Positions 47,001 through 57,033 of a stretch of DNA of 64,000 nt are shown in pieces. This DNA comes from Macrostomum lignano (lineage: Eukaryota): the NCBI GenBank assembly GCA_002269645.1, contig NIVC01000576.1, positions 124,001-188,000 on the forward strand. The letters are read 5' to 3'. Every line of letters starts with the position of its first letter. Position 1 is the stretch's first letter. The notes under the pieces are model-generated. The model searched no databases and had not been told where the DNA came from. It saw nothing but the letters and a program-made list of their open reading frames with translations. The position numbers and the translations under genes were made by a program.

Positions 47001-49514
47001 GACTCGTGCCCAAGCCAAACGTTGGGTGAAGTAATTGATAGATTTCATACAGGAATCAAGCGTGGCCCAGCTGAAGGACAACACGAGTCAAGGACTAAGA
47101 GAGACAGACAGAAAAGACAGAATTTCTCTCTTTTTAGACAGAAAGGCAGATTGAAAGGCAGATCTGCTGACCGTGTCCCCAACACACAATTGTCTATACT
47201 TATAAGCTTGCAAGCCCAAGTCCACACACTGTCTGTGAGTACACAGATGATTAACTATGCATTATTCAGTTTGTGCGATGCTCTCTGTACAAGATGTGTA
47301 TTCTTGTATACACAACTAGTGACCTCAGCTCTTATTATTAATTTATCAGGGTACAATGCAATCTGGATAACAGGATTGGCATCAACACTTAGTTAAGTAG
47401 AAATCAATGATGATGAAATAAACTCAATAATGTATTCTATAATATTAATTAAACAATATAAAGTGGAAAAAGCAACTATCTTCTTCAAATAAAAACTCCC
47501 ACACGCAGAAAAACTTATATTGTGAGCAAAAGGACTTCTATATAGACACACTGGCCTCCAATATATATAGACACACTGGCCCTCAATATACTCGTATATA
47601 GACACATTGGCCTCCAATTTACATAGACACACTGGCCTTCAATATATATAGACACACTGGCCTACAATATATATAGACACACTGGCCTTCAATATCTATA
47701 GACACACTGGCCTACAATATCTATAGATACACTGGCCTCCAATATATATAGACACACTGGCCTTCAATATATATAGACACACTGGCCTACAATATCTATA
47801 GATACACTGGCCTCCAATATATATAGACACACTGGCCTTCAATATCTATAGATACACTGGCCTTCAATATCTATAGACACACTGACAGCCTGACATCCAA
47901 TATCAATAGAATACACTGGCCCTCAATATCTATAGACACAGTAGCACTTACCCTAGACACAACCTCCCTGTATAGTACATAGTAAATGCAAACTACAGTC
48001 GCAGAACTCTCATCAGTCAGTTTAAATTTACAGAATTAAAACTCACCTGCGACATAATGTGCAACTGAAATCCAACAATTTGCACTCCAATTAGCATCAT
48101 AGCGTGAGAAGTTAGAATCAGTGGCGTCTCAACTCCAATGAAGAACACTAGGCAGAGTATGTACAAGCCGCTCAGCAGTATGCCGTAAAGAAGGCAAAGG
48201 TACAAGGGTATTGGTATCAGGGTGTACGATACCATTACCACCTGTTGGAGTTGAAATCGCAAGTTAAAAGGTTGAATTTTTTTCGAATATAGATAGCTCT
48301 TGCGAGAGGAAATCCTTTTCGTCTTTCCAAGGCCATTCCAAGAGAAAATTCCATTTGTTTTCAAGGTCATTTAAATGGAAAATTTAAGGTCATTTAAGTG
48401 ATTTAAAGGTCATTGTAAATTAAAAATCCATTTGTGTTCAAGGTCATTCTAAACGGAAGCCTAATGGTTTCGAGGTCATTCTAAATGGAAAGCTAATTGT
48501 TTTCAAGGTCATTTAAATCGGAAACCCATTTGTTTTATTTTTCAAGGTCATTCTAAATGGAAGCCTAATGGTTTTCAAGGTCATCCTAAATAGACATATA
48601 TTTGTTTTTAAGGGCATTTAAATGGAAAATGTGATTTAAAGGTCATTTTAAATTAAAAATCCATTTGTGTTCAAGGTCATTCTAAATGGAAGCCCATTTG
48701 TTTTCAAGGTCATTCTAAACGGAAGCCCATTTGTTTTCAAGGTCATTCTAAACGGAAGCCTAATGGTTTTCAAGGTCCTTCTAAATGGAAATCTAATTGT
48801 TTTCAAGGTCATTTAAATCGGAAACCCATTTGTTTTCAAGGTCATTCTAAATGGAAGCCTAATGGTTTTCAAGGTCATTCTAAATAGACATCTATTTGTT
48901 TTCAAGGGCATTCCTCGTCTTCACGGTAATAATGAATGGAGATTGCAATCGTCTGTCATAGACTGTAAGTCTATGTCCAGCCTCACCTGTAAAACTCCGG
49001 CAAAATCGAAAATCGGCAAATATCCATAGTCCTCATCGCCTTTCAAAGCGGCCATATTGGCCAGTAGTAGGCCGCCTTTAACCACCACGGCAATCAGCGA
49101 CAATACAAGAGAAAATCGCGGAAATAGCGCTCGAACGTAAGTAGCTCCAAGTAGTAGGACAAAGACGAGAATAGTAGCGACCTCAGTTAGCACCAAACCC
49201 CACCACATTGGAGTTTGGCGAATAGCAAAATAGATAACCCAGACCAGAGAGCACAGGGCCAGGTAGGCGCAGGCACATCTCAGCCTGCCCACCGACTGCT
49301 GGTAGCTGATTCTCTGATAGTGAGCCTCCAGCACGCTCGATGCAAAGCAGGGATTCAAAACCGAACCAGAGGAACGATCGAATAGTGTCAGTCGGCGTCC
49401 TTGACGGCCACCGCCGCCTTCTACTCGACGTTTTCCGCTAATTGGATCGATGTCCACTTCCTCGGTGTCTTTAGTAAACTTGGCCTTCTCGCTTGGCCCG
49501 GCCTCGTCAGCCAT
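33218..49514 (-). CDS. ADCY9: Transmembrane adenylyl cyclase, type 9-like, 1034 aa
   Basis: Exons 49514-48987, 48241-48047, 42167-41639, 41284-41105, 38622-38561, 38488-38435, 37641-37317, 35756-35611, 34810-33842, 33334-33218; all GT-AG, 3105 nt, phase-consistent. Two 6-TM clusters. C1: [12 protein letters not shown]...[10 protein letters not shown]....[21 protein letters not shown]2: VEKIKTVG and [17 protein letters not shown], the AC9-type signature. Orthology is inferred from these motifs. Confidence 0.88.
34850..35560. repeat. Minisatellite, about 22-23 bp unit (aggggaagattgttgcagttact)
   Basis: About 30 diverging copies filling the intron between AC exons 8 and 9. Confidence 0.93.
35885..37295. 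repeat. Pyrimidine-rich minisatellite (36-bp unit grading into a 20-21-bp unit)
   Basis: ccccttcttcccttcatctcttctccctccttcatt, then cccccttctccctccttcatt; fills the intron between AC exons 7 and 8. Confidence 0.95.
37745..38400. repeat. Minisatellite, 20-bp unit (gactcactgacctactgatt)
   Basis: About 30 copies in the intron between AC exons 6 and 7. Confidence 0.93.
39120..39535. repeat. (GACA)n-type compound microsatellite
   Basis: Read directly. Confidence 0.93.
40212..40280. repeat. (CT)n microsatellite
   Basis: Read directly. Confidence 0.95.
40662..41100 (-). mobile_element. (CAGA)n-embedded dispersed element, copy 2, inverted relative to copy 1
   Basis: Core at 40776-40875 with microsatellite on both sides; it abuts the AC exon 4 donor at 41104. 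Confidence 0.75.
42975..44112. repeat. Purine-rich minisatellite, 15-bp unit (ggagagggaaagaga)
   Basis: About 70 units, almost pure A/G. Confidence 0.96.
44130..44290 (+). mobile_element. Possible THAP-like zinc-finger fragment (DNA transposon remnant)
   Basis: [16 protein letters not shown]...RPKHPPSVF resembles the C-terminal half of THAP (VC..H[FW]...P..F). The N-terminal CxxxC is not visible. Confidence 0.4.
44775..45440. repeat. Minisatellite, 32-bp unit of two 16-bp subunits (aagcttgaagctccac / aagttcgaatcttccc)
   Basis: Homogeneous 32-mer core at about 44970-45300; 16-mer-type degenerate flanks. Confidence 0.95.
46080..46850. repeat. Pyrimidine-rich minisatellite, 23-bp unit (atccctctcttcctctccctctc)
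   Basis: About 33 near-identical copies. Confidence 0.96.
47540..47940. repeat. Minisatellite, about 25-bp unit (gacacactggcctccaatatatata)
   Basis: About 15 copies. Confidence 0.92.
48345..48915. repeat. Minisatellite, about 33-bp unit built on ttcaaggtcatt
   Basis: About 18 units filling most of AC intron 1. Confidence 0.92.
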
Positions 49515-50831
49515 TGCAGCTGGTTTTAGCAGAGTGGGCGCCGATTTAAAGAGATTCGATAATGCCAGTAAGGGAGGGTGAGTATGGGGGGGGCCAAGTG
49601 TGCAGGTGACAGGTTTCTCACACTACAAGTTCCACGTTCAAGATTTAAGCACAGTATTTCTGCAAATTGGGCCAATACAGCAAGGTGAGGTGGCTTGCTT
49701 GAAAATTCATATATAATAATAATTTCTTCAATTACTTGACATGTGCATGGCCTATGGCTGGCAGTTCAGATAGACTTATTAAGCATTTTATTCTTAGCAT
49801 ATGAAACAAGCATGTAGTAGATAAGAAAAAAGGAAGCATCAAGTTCAATCATGCATAGATGATTTCTTGCTATTAAATTAATCCTTATTGATTATTATTT
49901 AAGATTTACAATAAGCTATGCTTGTGCTTAATCAACTCTGCTTTTACAAGTGGATATGTAATTAGGCCAGATATGCAATTAATAGTTTAGCTACAGTTAT
50001 TGAGTAGTGCATAGGAAGGCTGCATATGGCTGTTTAGTCTAGGGACTATAGGGTGCCCATATATCCTCAATTATCCTAGCTAATATTGTTACCCATTTTA
50101 TAGTTAGGTGAACTAAAGCAATGTAGAGTAAATTACTGTGAAATGTCTTGCTCAAGGACATAAATTGTTCTAATAGAATTGGGAATTGAACCTTCAATCT
50201 TCTTCTTTAATCTTTATTAAATTATTGCTTTGTTTTTGTATCAATAAACTGATTAGATAATTTCTTTGATATATTATACTATATACTTTAAAAATAATTT
50301 TATTTTTAATTATAAAGAAAAAAGAAGGGGTTAGCTTTTTCTTTCTAGAAAACCTATAATTAAAGACCTATAAAAATACAATTAAGATATTTTTTTCTAA
50401 AATATAGACATAAACTTTTTGTCTTTTTGCCCCTAATGATTTATCATCTAAATCAAAAAATTAAATTATAAAAACCCCTAAACTAAATTACTTATATATT
50501 CTAGAAAAAGAAAAATGGAAAAAAGTTGTTTTAATAAAGTAAAAGTAAAATACTTCCTATAATCACTCTTTAGTTATTCAATAATATATTGTATTCATTT
50601 CAATCTAAACCTTAAGTTTTGTCTAAGATGCATACATAATTGGTATTTTTAATTATATTTTTCAATGTTCTTATTCTTAGAAAAAAGCTATAGATGCCTC
50701 AGTTTGCATTAAGGCGCACCAATGACCAATTTGCAAACAAGCTTTAGTTACCCTATGAGGCTCTACTAGAGGGTATACTTTTGCAACAACAACAACAACA
50801 AAATACGCTGTCATGATGGTAAAAGTCAGCG

Positions 50832-53800
50832 TCACAGGGCGCGCTTCATGGCTTGGGCGCGAACAAAGGCCGCGCCACCGGCAGTGTCCGGGGCGCCGGC
50901 GTCAGCCAGCAGACAGTCGACATAACGCCGAGTTCGCGCTTGACCTCGCCGGTAGGGTGCCTGCAGCGTGAGCAGCAGCACCTCCTGCACCGGCTGTGGG
51001 CAGTACGACTCGGCGCGGATGAGATGGCCTGCGAGCTGGAGTCGCCGACGGCGCAGTAGATCACTTGGACGTGGCAGGCCAGCGCGGCGATAGAGTGCCG
51101 CGTTGGTGACTCGCTCGACGCCGATGTTGAAGGCGGCGCGCAGCAGACCAGCGTGCGCCGCATCGACTTGCTGTTCGAGTGAGTCCGTCAGCGTCCAGGT
51201 CTCGGCGTTGTACAGCAGGACGGTCTCGATTACCGCCTGGAACAGCGCCGCCCTCTGGCGGTCCGGTAGGGCCTCGGACTGCAGGACTGCCCTCACAGAA
51301 CGAAAGGCAGCCCAGGCAAGCCCGCGGCGGCGTCGCAGGTCCTCGCGAGCGTCTGGAACCAGACCGCCGAGGTAGACGAACTGCTGACATCGCGGGAGTT
51401 CGGTCGCCTGCCCGTCAGCGCCTCGGCAAAATATTGCAGCCTCGATGTCGTCCGGCACGCAGAGCACAACGGTCTTCTGCGTGTTGACCACCAGGCCGAC
51501 ACTCGCCGCAACGGCAACCAGCCTGTCCAGCTGCCGTTGGGCGCCCTCGACGGTCGAGGACAGCAGGGCGAGGTCGTCGGCGTAGCCAAGCACGCTGAGC
51601 CGCTTCTCCGGTTGACGTCGACCCACGCGTCGCTGCAGCAGAAAACCGTCGTCGTCGGTAGGAAGAGCAGTCCGCAGCACCCAGTCAAGCACCAGGACGA
51701 ACAGAAACGGCGCCAGCGTATCTCCCTGAAGCACTCCGGAGGATGTCTCAAAGGAGTCCGATAGGCCGTCCGGTGTTGTCACAGCAGCTGTCGTATCACG
51801 GTACATCGCCATGACGGCGGAGATCAGCTGCTCAGGCACGTTGTACGCGCGGAGCACCATTGGAAGCACGGCTCTGACAACCGAGTCGAATGCCTTCTTG
51901 AAATCAATAAAGATTAAAATCAGTATCGACTGACGAATCCGCGCCTCCTCGATGACTCGGCGAAGAGCCAGGATCTGCGCCACTGTGCCGCGATGGGGCC
52001 GGAACCCGTTCTGCTCTGGGCGCAGGTACGGATCCAGCACGGGCTGCAACCGCGAAAGCAGCATCCGGTTGAACAGCTTCGCTGCACAGGACTGAAGGCA
52101 GATGCCTCGATGGTCTTCAAGCCTAGTGGTGCCCGGCTTCTTTGGAACAGCGACGATGTGCGCCGTGGTCCTTTCGTTGGGCGCCGCCTCACCGAAGAGC
52201 ACGCGGTTCATCACTCTGGCGACCTCAGCGGCCACACAGGGGATGCGCAGCGCCTCGATGGGCACCTCGTCCGGACCCAGCGCTTTCCCGCCCGGTGACT
52301 GCTGGGCGAGCTTGACAACGTCGGCTGCGTTGACTGGGGCTACGCTGAAACTCTCCTCTGCCGGCAGCGGCGTCTCCGGCGGCAGCGTCAGACTGTCTGG
52401 CAGCGGGGGTGGCGGCGCGTTGACGATGGCGGCGAAGAACTCGCGCAGCTCGTTCCTACGCTCGTCCGGCGTGTCACCAGCCAGGTTCAGCGGATTGCGC
52501 CGCTTTCGTCCCGTCAGAGCGTTGATGGCGGACCAGGCCACGCGCCCTCTGGCATCGGGCCCAGCGGCAGAGACAGCCTGAATGGCGTCATCGACAGCCG
52601 CTTGTTGGCGCTGCAGGTAGACAGCTGCCAGAGCTGCCTCTGCCTCGCGGGTTGGTCGCCTGCTCAAGCGGAGCTTCTCCAGATCTTCCCTCGCTGCCTG
52701 AATCGCGGGGTCGTCCTGCCAGACCGGCTGCCCACGTTGAGCCGGCTGCATCATCGGGACTGCTTGCTCCGCGGCGGTTCTGATTGCAGCGCACACTTCC
52801 GCATACTCGGCACTTCCACGCTTGTCGCCCAGCGCGGTGTTAAAGGCGCTAGCAAAGCGACGCTGCGTATCGGTGGCTCTGAGCGCGCGGTAGTAGCGCC
52901 GCGGTGGCCGCTTCGGCGGACGGTAGAGCGGATCGCGAAGGTTGAGGTCGCAGATGAGGAGCCGGTGATCGGACCGCAGAGCCAGCGGCGTGATGGTGCG
53001 GCAGTTGACGGCGCGACGACGCTCACGGAAACGCACGAGCACGTGGTCGAGCTGTGCTTGTCTCCGGGTTGCGTTCCTGCCACGCGCGTTCCGTCGCCTC
53101 CGCTTGCAGCCCACGAAGGTTGCGAGACCGCTCAGTGGCTTGCGGAAGCGGGTGTTGGCCGACACCATGTCCTGCCTCTCCAGGAAGTCCTCTAGTGCCT
53201 CGGTGTTGTTGTTCCCGCGTGGCGTCACGAACAGCGACCTCTCGGACCTACGCAGGACTGCGTTCAGGTCTCCGAGGGCGACCGCTGTGTCACGCTGCGC
53301 CGTCGCCTCTACCTGCACTGAGAGCTGCTCGAAAAACTCTTGAGCCTCGTCAGGGCGTGTGGCAGGGGGCGCGTACGCGCAGAACAGGCGAGCATTCCGA
53401 CCGCGTAGCCGGACGTCGATCCGAAGCAACCGGGGGGACAGGGAGATGCAGCGACAGCTCTGCTGCAGCCTCGGCCCGATCAGCGCTCCAACTCCTCCAC
53501 GGCCTCGCTGGTCCGCAGAAGTATAGTAGAGGGTCCACCCGGCGCCCAAGTCCTCACAATGAAGTCCCGGGTCGGCCTTGATAGACACCTCCTGCAGCGA
53601 GATGATGTCGCAGCTCAGGTCGTACGCCAGCTTCGCCAGCACCCCTCTACGCCAAGCAGCCTTGAGAGTGCGGCAGTTCAGCGTCCCGACCCGAAGCATG
53701 CCCTGTGGTACGGCTGGGGCTCGATGCAGTTGAGCCTCACGGTCCCCGGCGCCACCCGGAGGATCCGAGTGGACCCGCGCGGCAGCTCGACGGGCGGCGC

Positions 53801-53945
53801 CACGCAGCCGGCCTCGTCGGTTCCGCTCACGCCGGCGCTCAACACGCCGACGGGCGCTCCGCTGCCCTCGCTTGGTCCTGCCGCATTTGGCCGCCGCAGC
53901 AGTTAAGCGCGGCTCTCCGCTCTGACCACGAGGAGGTAGCGGCAT
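50832..53945 (-). CDS. APE endonuclease plus reverse transcriptase ORF, 1037 aa, uninterrupted
   Basis: APE: VGTLNCRTL, ISLQEV, LGDLNA, LDHVLV, SDHRLL. RT: EQNGFRPHR, IDFKKAFDSV, GVLQGDTLAPFLF, YADDLAL, FVYLG. C-terminal RRRLQLAGHLIR typical of RTE. Confidence 0.95.
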   Translation of the reverse strand: MPLPPRGQSGEPRLTAAAAKCGRTKRGQRSARRRVERRRERNRRGRLRGAARRAAARVHSDPPGGAGDREAQLHRAPAVPQGMLRVGTLNCRTLKAAWRRGVLAKLAYDLSCDIISLQEVSIKADPGLHCEDLGAGWTLYYTSADQRGRGGVGALIGPRLQQSCRCISLSPRLLRIDVRLRGRNARLFCAYAPPATRPDEAQEFFEQLSVQVEATAQRDTAVALGDLNAVLRRSERSLFVTPRGNNNTEALEDFLERQDMVSANTRFRKPLSGLATFVGCKRRRRNARGRNATRRQAQLDHVLVRFRERRRAVNCRTITPLALRSDHRLLICDLNLRDPLYRPPKRPPRRYYRALRATDTQRRFASAFNTALGDKRGSAEYAEVCAAIRTAAEQAVPMMQPAQRGQPVWQDDPAIQAAREDLEKLRLSRRPTREAEAALAAVYLQRQQAAVDDAIQAVSAAGPDARGRVAWSAINALTGRKRRNPLNLAGDTPDERRNELREFFAAIVNAPPPPLPDSLTLPPETPLPAEESFSVAPVNAADVVKLAQQSPGGKALGPDEVPIEALRIPCVAAEVARVMNRVLFGEAAPNERTTAHIVAVPKKPGTTRLEDHRGICLQSCAAKLFNRMLLSRLQPVLDPYLRPEQNGFRPHRGTVAQILALRRVIEEARIRQSILILIFIDFKKAFDSVVRAVLPMVLRAYNVPEQLISAVMAMYRDTTAAVTTPDGLSDSFETSSGVLQGDTLAPFLFVLVLDWVLRTALPTDDDGFLLQRRVGRRQPEKRLSVLGYADDLALLSSTVEGAQRQLDRLVAVAASVGLVVNTQKTVVLCVPDDIEAAIFCRGADGQATELPRCQQFVYLGGLVPDAREDLRRRRGLAWAAFRSVRAVLQSEALPDRQRAALFQAVIETVLLYNAETWTLTDSLEQQVDAAHAGLLRAAFNIGVERVTNAALYRRAGLPRPSDLLRRRRLQLAGHLIRAESYCPQPVQEVLLLTLQAPYRRGQARTRRYVDCLLADAGAPDTAGGAAFVRAQAMKRAL

Positions 53946-53964
53946 TTATCTGCACCGTGGTGCA
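53879..53964 (-). ncRNA. Candidate HDV-like self-cleaving ribozyme core (5' strand of P1 missing in this copy)
   Basis: P2 UGCCGC/GCGGCA; P3 ACC/GGU; L3 UCCUCGU; GG for P1.1; P4 GCCGC(GC)/(GC)U-GCGGC; J4/2 G-C-C-A-A. Folded by hand only. Confidence 0.6.
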
Positions 53965-55027
53965 AATAAATTAAGACTGCAAATAAATTAAGACTGCAAA
54001 TAAATTAAGACTAAATAAGATAAATTAAGTATACTTTTGCACTTTTGTAAATAAATGGTATTTGTGGGGAATGTGCATTATATTCTTTCTATTCTTTTGT
54101 TTACAATAGCCCTCCTCTTCTACTTGCTAAGGGTTTTTATACCTTGGTTTGAGCATTAGCTCTTGCATTCTCACTCTTGTTCTCTATTTAGCTATAGTCA
54201 TTTTAAAAATTAAATTAATACAAATAGGTCTATAAGTATAAGTATTAAATTATAAGATAATTATAGCTTATAATATGAATAAAAAAGTAATATACTAATT
54301 ATTAATTAAAAAACATAACATAAAACCATACTTAGACTAAATTGTATAATAAATACAAAGTGCACCTAATAAATGATTAAAAAGTTTAAAGTTATATTAA
54401 TTGATGACATACATACTCATAGCCTAGCCTACAGGCCTATCATATCAAATTAGGTCTAGTTACGAGCAAGTAAAACACATTGAAGCTGTGTCAAGTGGTT
54501 TTTTTATAAAACCATTCTGGGTACAGAACACCATACAGCAGCAACAGCCCAGGGACGGGTAGTCGTTTATGTTGTAGACAACTGACAACACTAGTCACTA
54601 GCTACTGTGGTGCATGTAAATGAAATAAGCTTTTAAACAGACATATAGAATTAACCATACAAGAATTTTTTTAAAAATATGTAGGTTTTTTCCTTGTAAT
54701 TTAGTCAGATAGTAATTAGCTAAGCTAAGATTAAGAATTGATTTTCGATAAAATCGTAAAAGTGCCTTGATTTTAAACGATTAAAAGTTCCATGACGCTA
54801 ATACAAATGTGAAAATGTTTATTTTTTCGTTTTTAATAAAATGCAACTGCTTTAATAATTAATGTTTTAAAAAAAGAAACAAAACAAAAAACAATATGCA
54901 TCACAAATTACCTTTAAAGAAAAGTTTCTACTTTGTTTTACCCAGCATTCATGCTTTTATTTGAACAAAAGTATTTCAGCATAATTTTAAAACGTGTATT
55001 AGTTATGAAATTATAAATAACTCTCCA

Positions 55028-56581
55028 ATGTTACTCCAATGTTTTAATCTTTACAACATTATAAACCAGTCCATCTACAACAAAAATGAACTCTTTATCG
55101 GTTTTGTTGACTATGAAAAAGCCTTCGATAGCTTAAATCAACCGACCCTTTGGCACAAAATGGATAACCAAGGTATTAAAGGTCAAATGACAGAACTTAT
55201 CAAGAACATGCATAAAAATGCCTGTTTCATTCTAAAGAAAGATGATGATGATGATGAAACCCAGCCAATCCCAATATCTAAAGGTGTTCTTCAAGGTAAC
55301 CCTCTCTCTACCATCCTTTTTGAACTATATATTGACGACATTGTTGAATATCTTGAACTCTCTAGCGCTAGGCGCTCTCTTACGAGATCTGCTTTCCCAC
55401 TCATCCTGCTCTTTGCGGACGATCAAGCCATTCTAGCTAAAAACAAAGATGAACTTCAAGACACATTTACAACTATGGAAAATTACTGCAAGCAAAACTA
55501 CTTGAAAGTTAATGCAAGCAAAACAAAGTTTATGCAGGGCAGTACCAGACAAAAAAATGACACAGAAAGTTTTGCTACAAAAATAATCTACGACAACCAA
55601 GAAATAGAGGAAGTAAATGAATTTAAATACCTGGGAATTATTTTTGAACCAAAAAACAGCTTTAAAAAATGTATTGAACATCAAACTAAGCAGGGTTATT
55701 CAGCTATGTTTTCCCTACTCCACAAGGTAAAAAATACGTCCCTGGACATCACACTCATTCGCAGACTATTCGACGCGCTTGTCACCCCCGTTATCACGTA
55801 CGGCTGTGAGCTCTGGGGCCCTCTGGCTACCATTTCTGAAACAAAAGCTATTGATAACATTCAGCTGAAATTCTACAAATATCTCCTCAATCTACCAAAA
55901 TTTGCTAGCAACAGTGTGATATCATCAGAACTTGAGCTTACTCCAATCTCCCAACGAATTGCTAAAACCTATCTTACCTACTGGCTGAAGATTAGACATC
56001 AAAAACTTTGCCAAACGACACTAGAAATTTTCTACTCAAACACCAGCCAAAAAAATCCATGGAAAACAAATATACTAAAGAAACTGGAAAGTATAGACTT
56101 AAAAGCACTAACTGAAGATAAACTTTCCCAAAGCTTTAATAACGAGAAATACCTAGTGAAAAAGCACCTCAAGATACACAGAGAAAGAGAACTTAGCCAA
56201 AAGCTAGAGAATCAGCAACATATTAAACTCTATAAAAACGCCTATCTCTACAAAAAAATCTGCAGGCCTGACCTTTCAGATTACTTTCCATGCACTTTTA
56301 GAAACAAAAAATTCCTAACAACCCTCCTAAAACTGAAATGCGAAATTACACCCAACATTTTCTCTCATGAACCATGTAGACTGTGTGGAGCGAGAAATGG
56401 TTCCGATATCCTACACTACTTGACCGAATGTCCACAAACCGAAAAGTTCAGAAAAAAATACTTCTGTCAGTACCTCCTAAATGACAAGCAAGTACACAAG
56501 TTAGGATATGCTACAAATGAAAAAAGAGTCAGAAAAGAGCTCACTGGTGTAGCTAAAATATATGAAGTCATGAATAGCTAA
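55028..56581 (+). CDS. Non-LTR reverse transcriptase C-terminal part, 517 aa
   Basis: FVDYEKAFDSL, KGVLQGNPLSTILF, LLFADDQAIL, FKYLGI, YGCELWG, and a C-terminal CxxC...HxxxxC (CRLCG...LHYLTEC). Confidence 0.9.
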   Translation: MLLQCFNLYNIINQSIYNKNELFIGFVDYEKAFDSLNQPTLWHKMDNQGIKGQMTELIKNMHKNACFILKKDDDDDETQPIPISKGVLQGNPLSTILFELYIDDIVEYLELSSARRSLTRSAFPLILLFADDQAILAKNKDELQDTFTTMENYCKQNYLKVNASKTKFMQGSTRQKNDTESFATKIIYDNQEIEEVNEFKYLGIIFEPKNSFKKCIEHQTKQGYSAMFSLLHKVKNTSLDITLIRRLFDALVTPVITYGCELWGPLATISETKAIDNIQLKFYKYLLNLPKFASNSVISSELELTPISQRIAKTYLTYWLKIRHQKLCQTTLEIFYSNTSQKNPWKTNILKKLESIDLKALTEDKLSQSFNNEKYLVKKHLKIHRERELSQKLENQQHIKLYKNAYLYKKICRPDLSDYFPCTFRNKKFLTTLLKLKCEITPNIFSHEPCRLCGARNGSDILHYLTECPQTEKFRKKYFCQYLLNDKQVHKLGYATNEKRVRKELTGVAKIYEVMNS

Positions 56582-57000
56582 AACAGTTATGCAAACTGAA
56601 ACAGACATATCAGCAGTGAAATAAATCCGCCTTTCCCATTTTTAATTTCCTACTAAATTAGCACTTAATTAGTATTTAATTAGTTTCCTATCTAATACCT
56701 ATTTAAATCGTCGTCATTCGCTTAACGTAAAGTCCCTTCGAAGTTCGTTTTTGTTCATTTTTCTTTCGTTTTTACTTTTATTAACTGCAATACTTTTTTT
56801 TAACTCCTTGCTTTTTCTTTCGCTTCGTTAGTCGTCCAAGTATCGTTAATAACTTTTCCGCGTTCTTTCAAATACCATTTTGCAAAACTCGTACTAATCA
56901 TAATTAAATAACTAGTGCTAAAATATTGTCTCCTATTCCTGAAGCAATCTTAAATACATAGAAATATATTGGCCAAACAGGCTTCTTGCCTGAGCCAACT

Positions 57001-57032
<32 letters not shown>
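55028..57032 (+). mobile_element. 5'-truncated LINE (CR1/L2-group-like; clade not resolved) with (TAC)n tail
   Basis: Uninterrupted RT ORF followed by about 420 nt and a (TAC)n run at 57001-57032. No endonuclease domain upstream; TSD not found. Confidence 0.75.

Positions 57033-57033
<1 letters not shown>

Larger units (their letters stand above)
50786..54028 (-). mobile_element. Apparently full-length RTE-like non-LTR retrotransposon
   Basis: 13-bp TSD GTATACTTTTGCA at 50773-50785 and 54029-54041; (TTG)n tail at about 50784-50800; very short 3' UTR; single ORF; GC-rich body in an AT-rich flank. Confidence 0.93.

Noticed and set aside
50846-53974. Many overlapping alternative-frame and antisense ORFs across the RTE-like element
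   Set aside because: Expected by-products of a GC-rich coding sequence; none has recognisable motifs.
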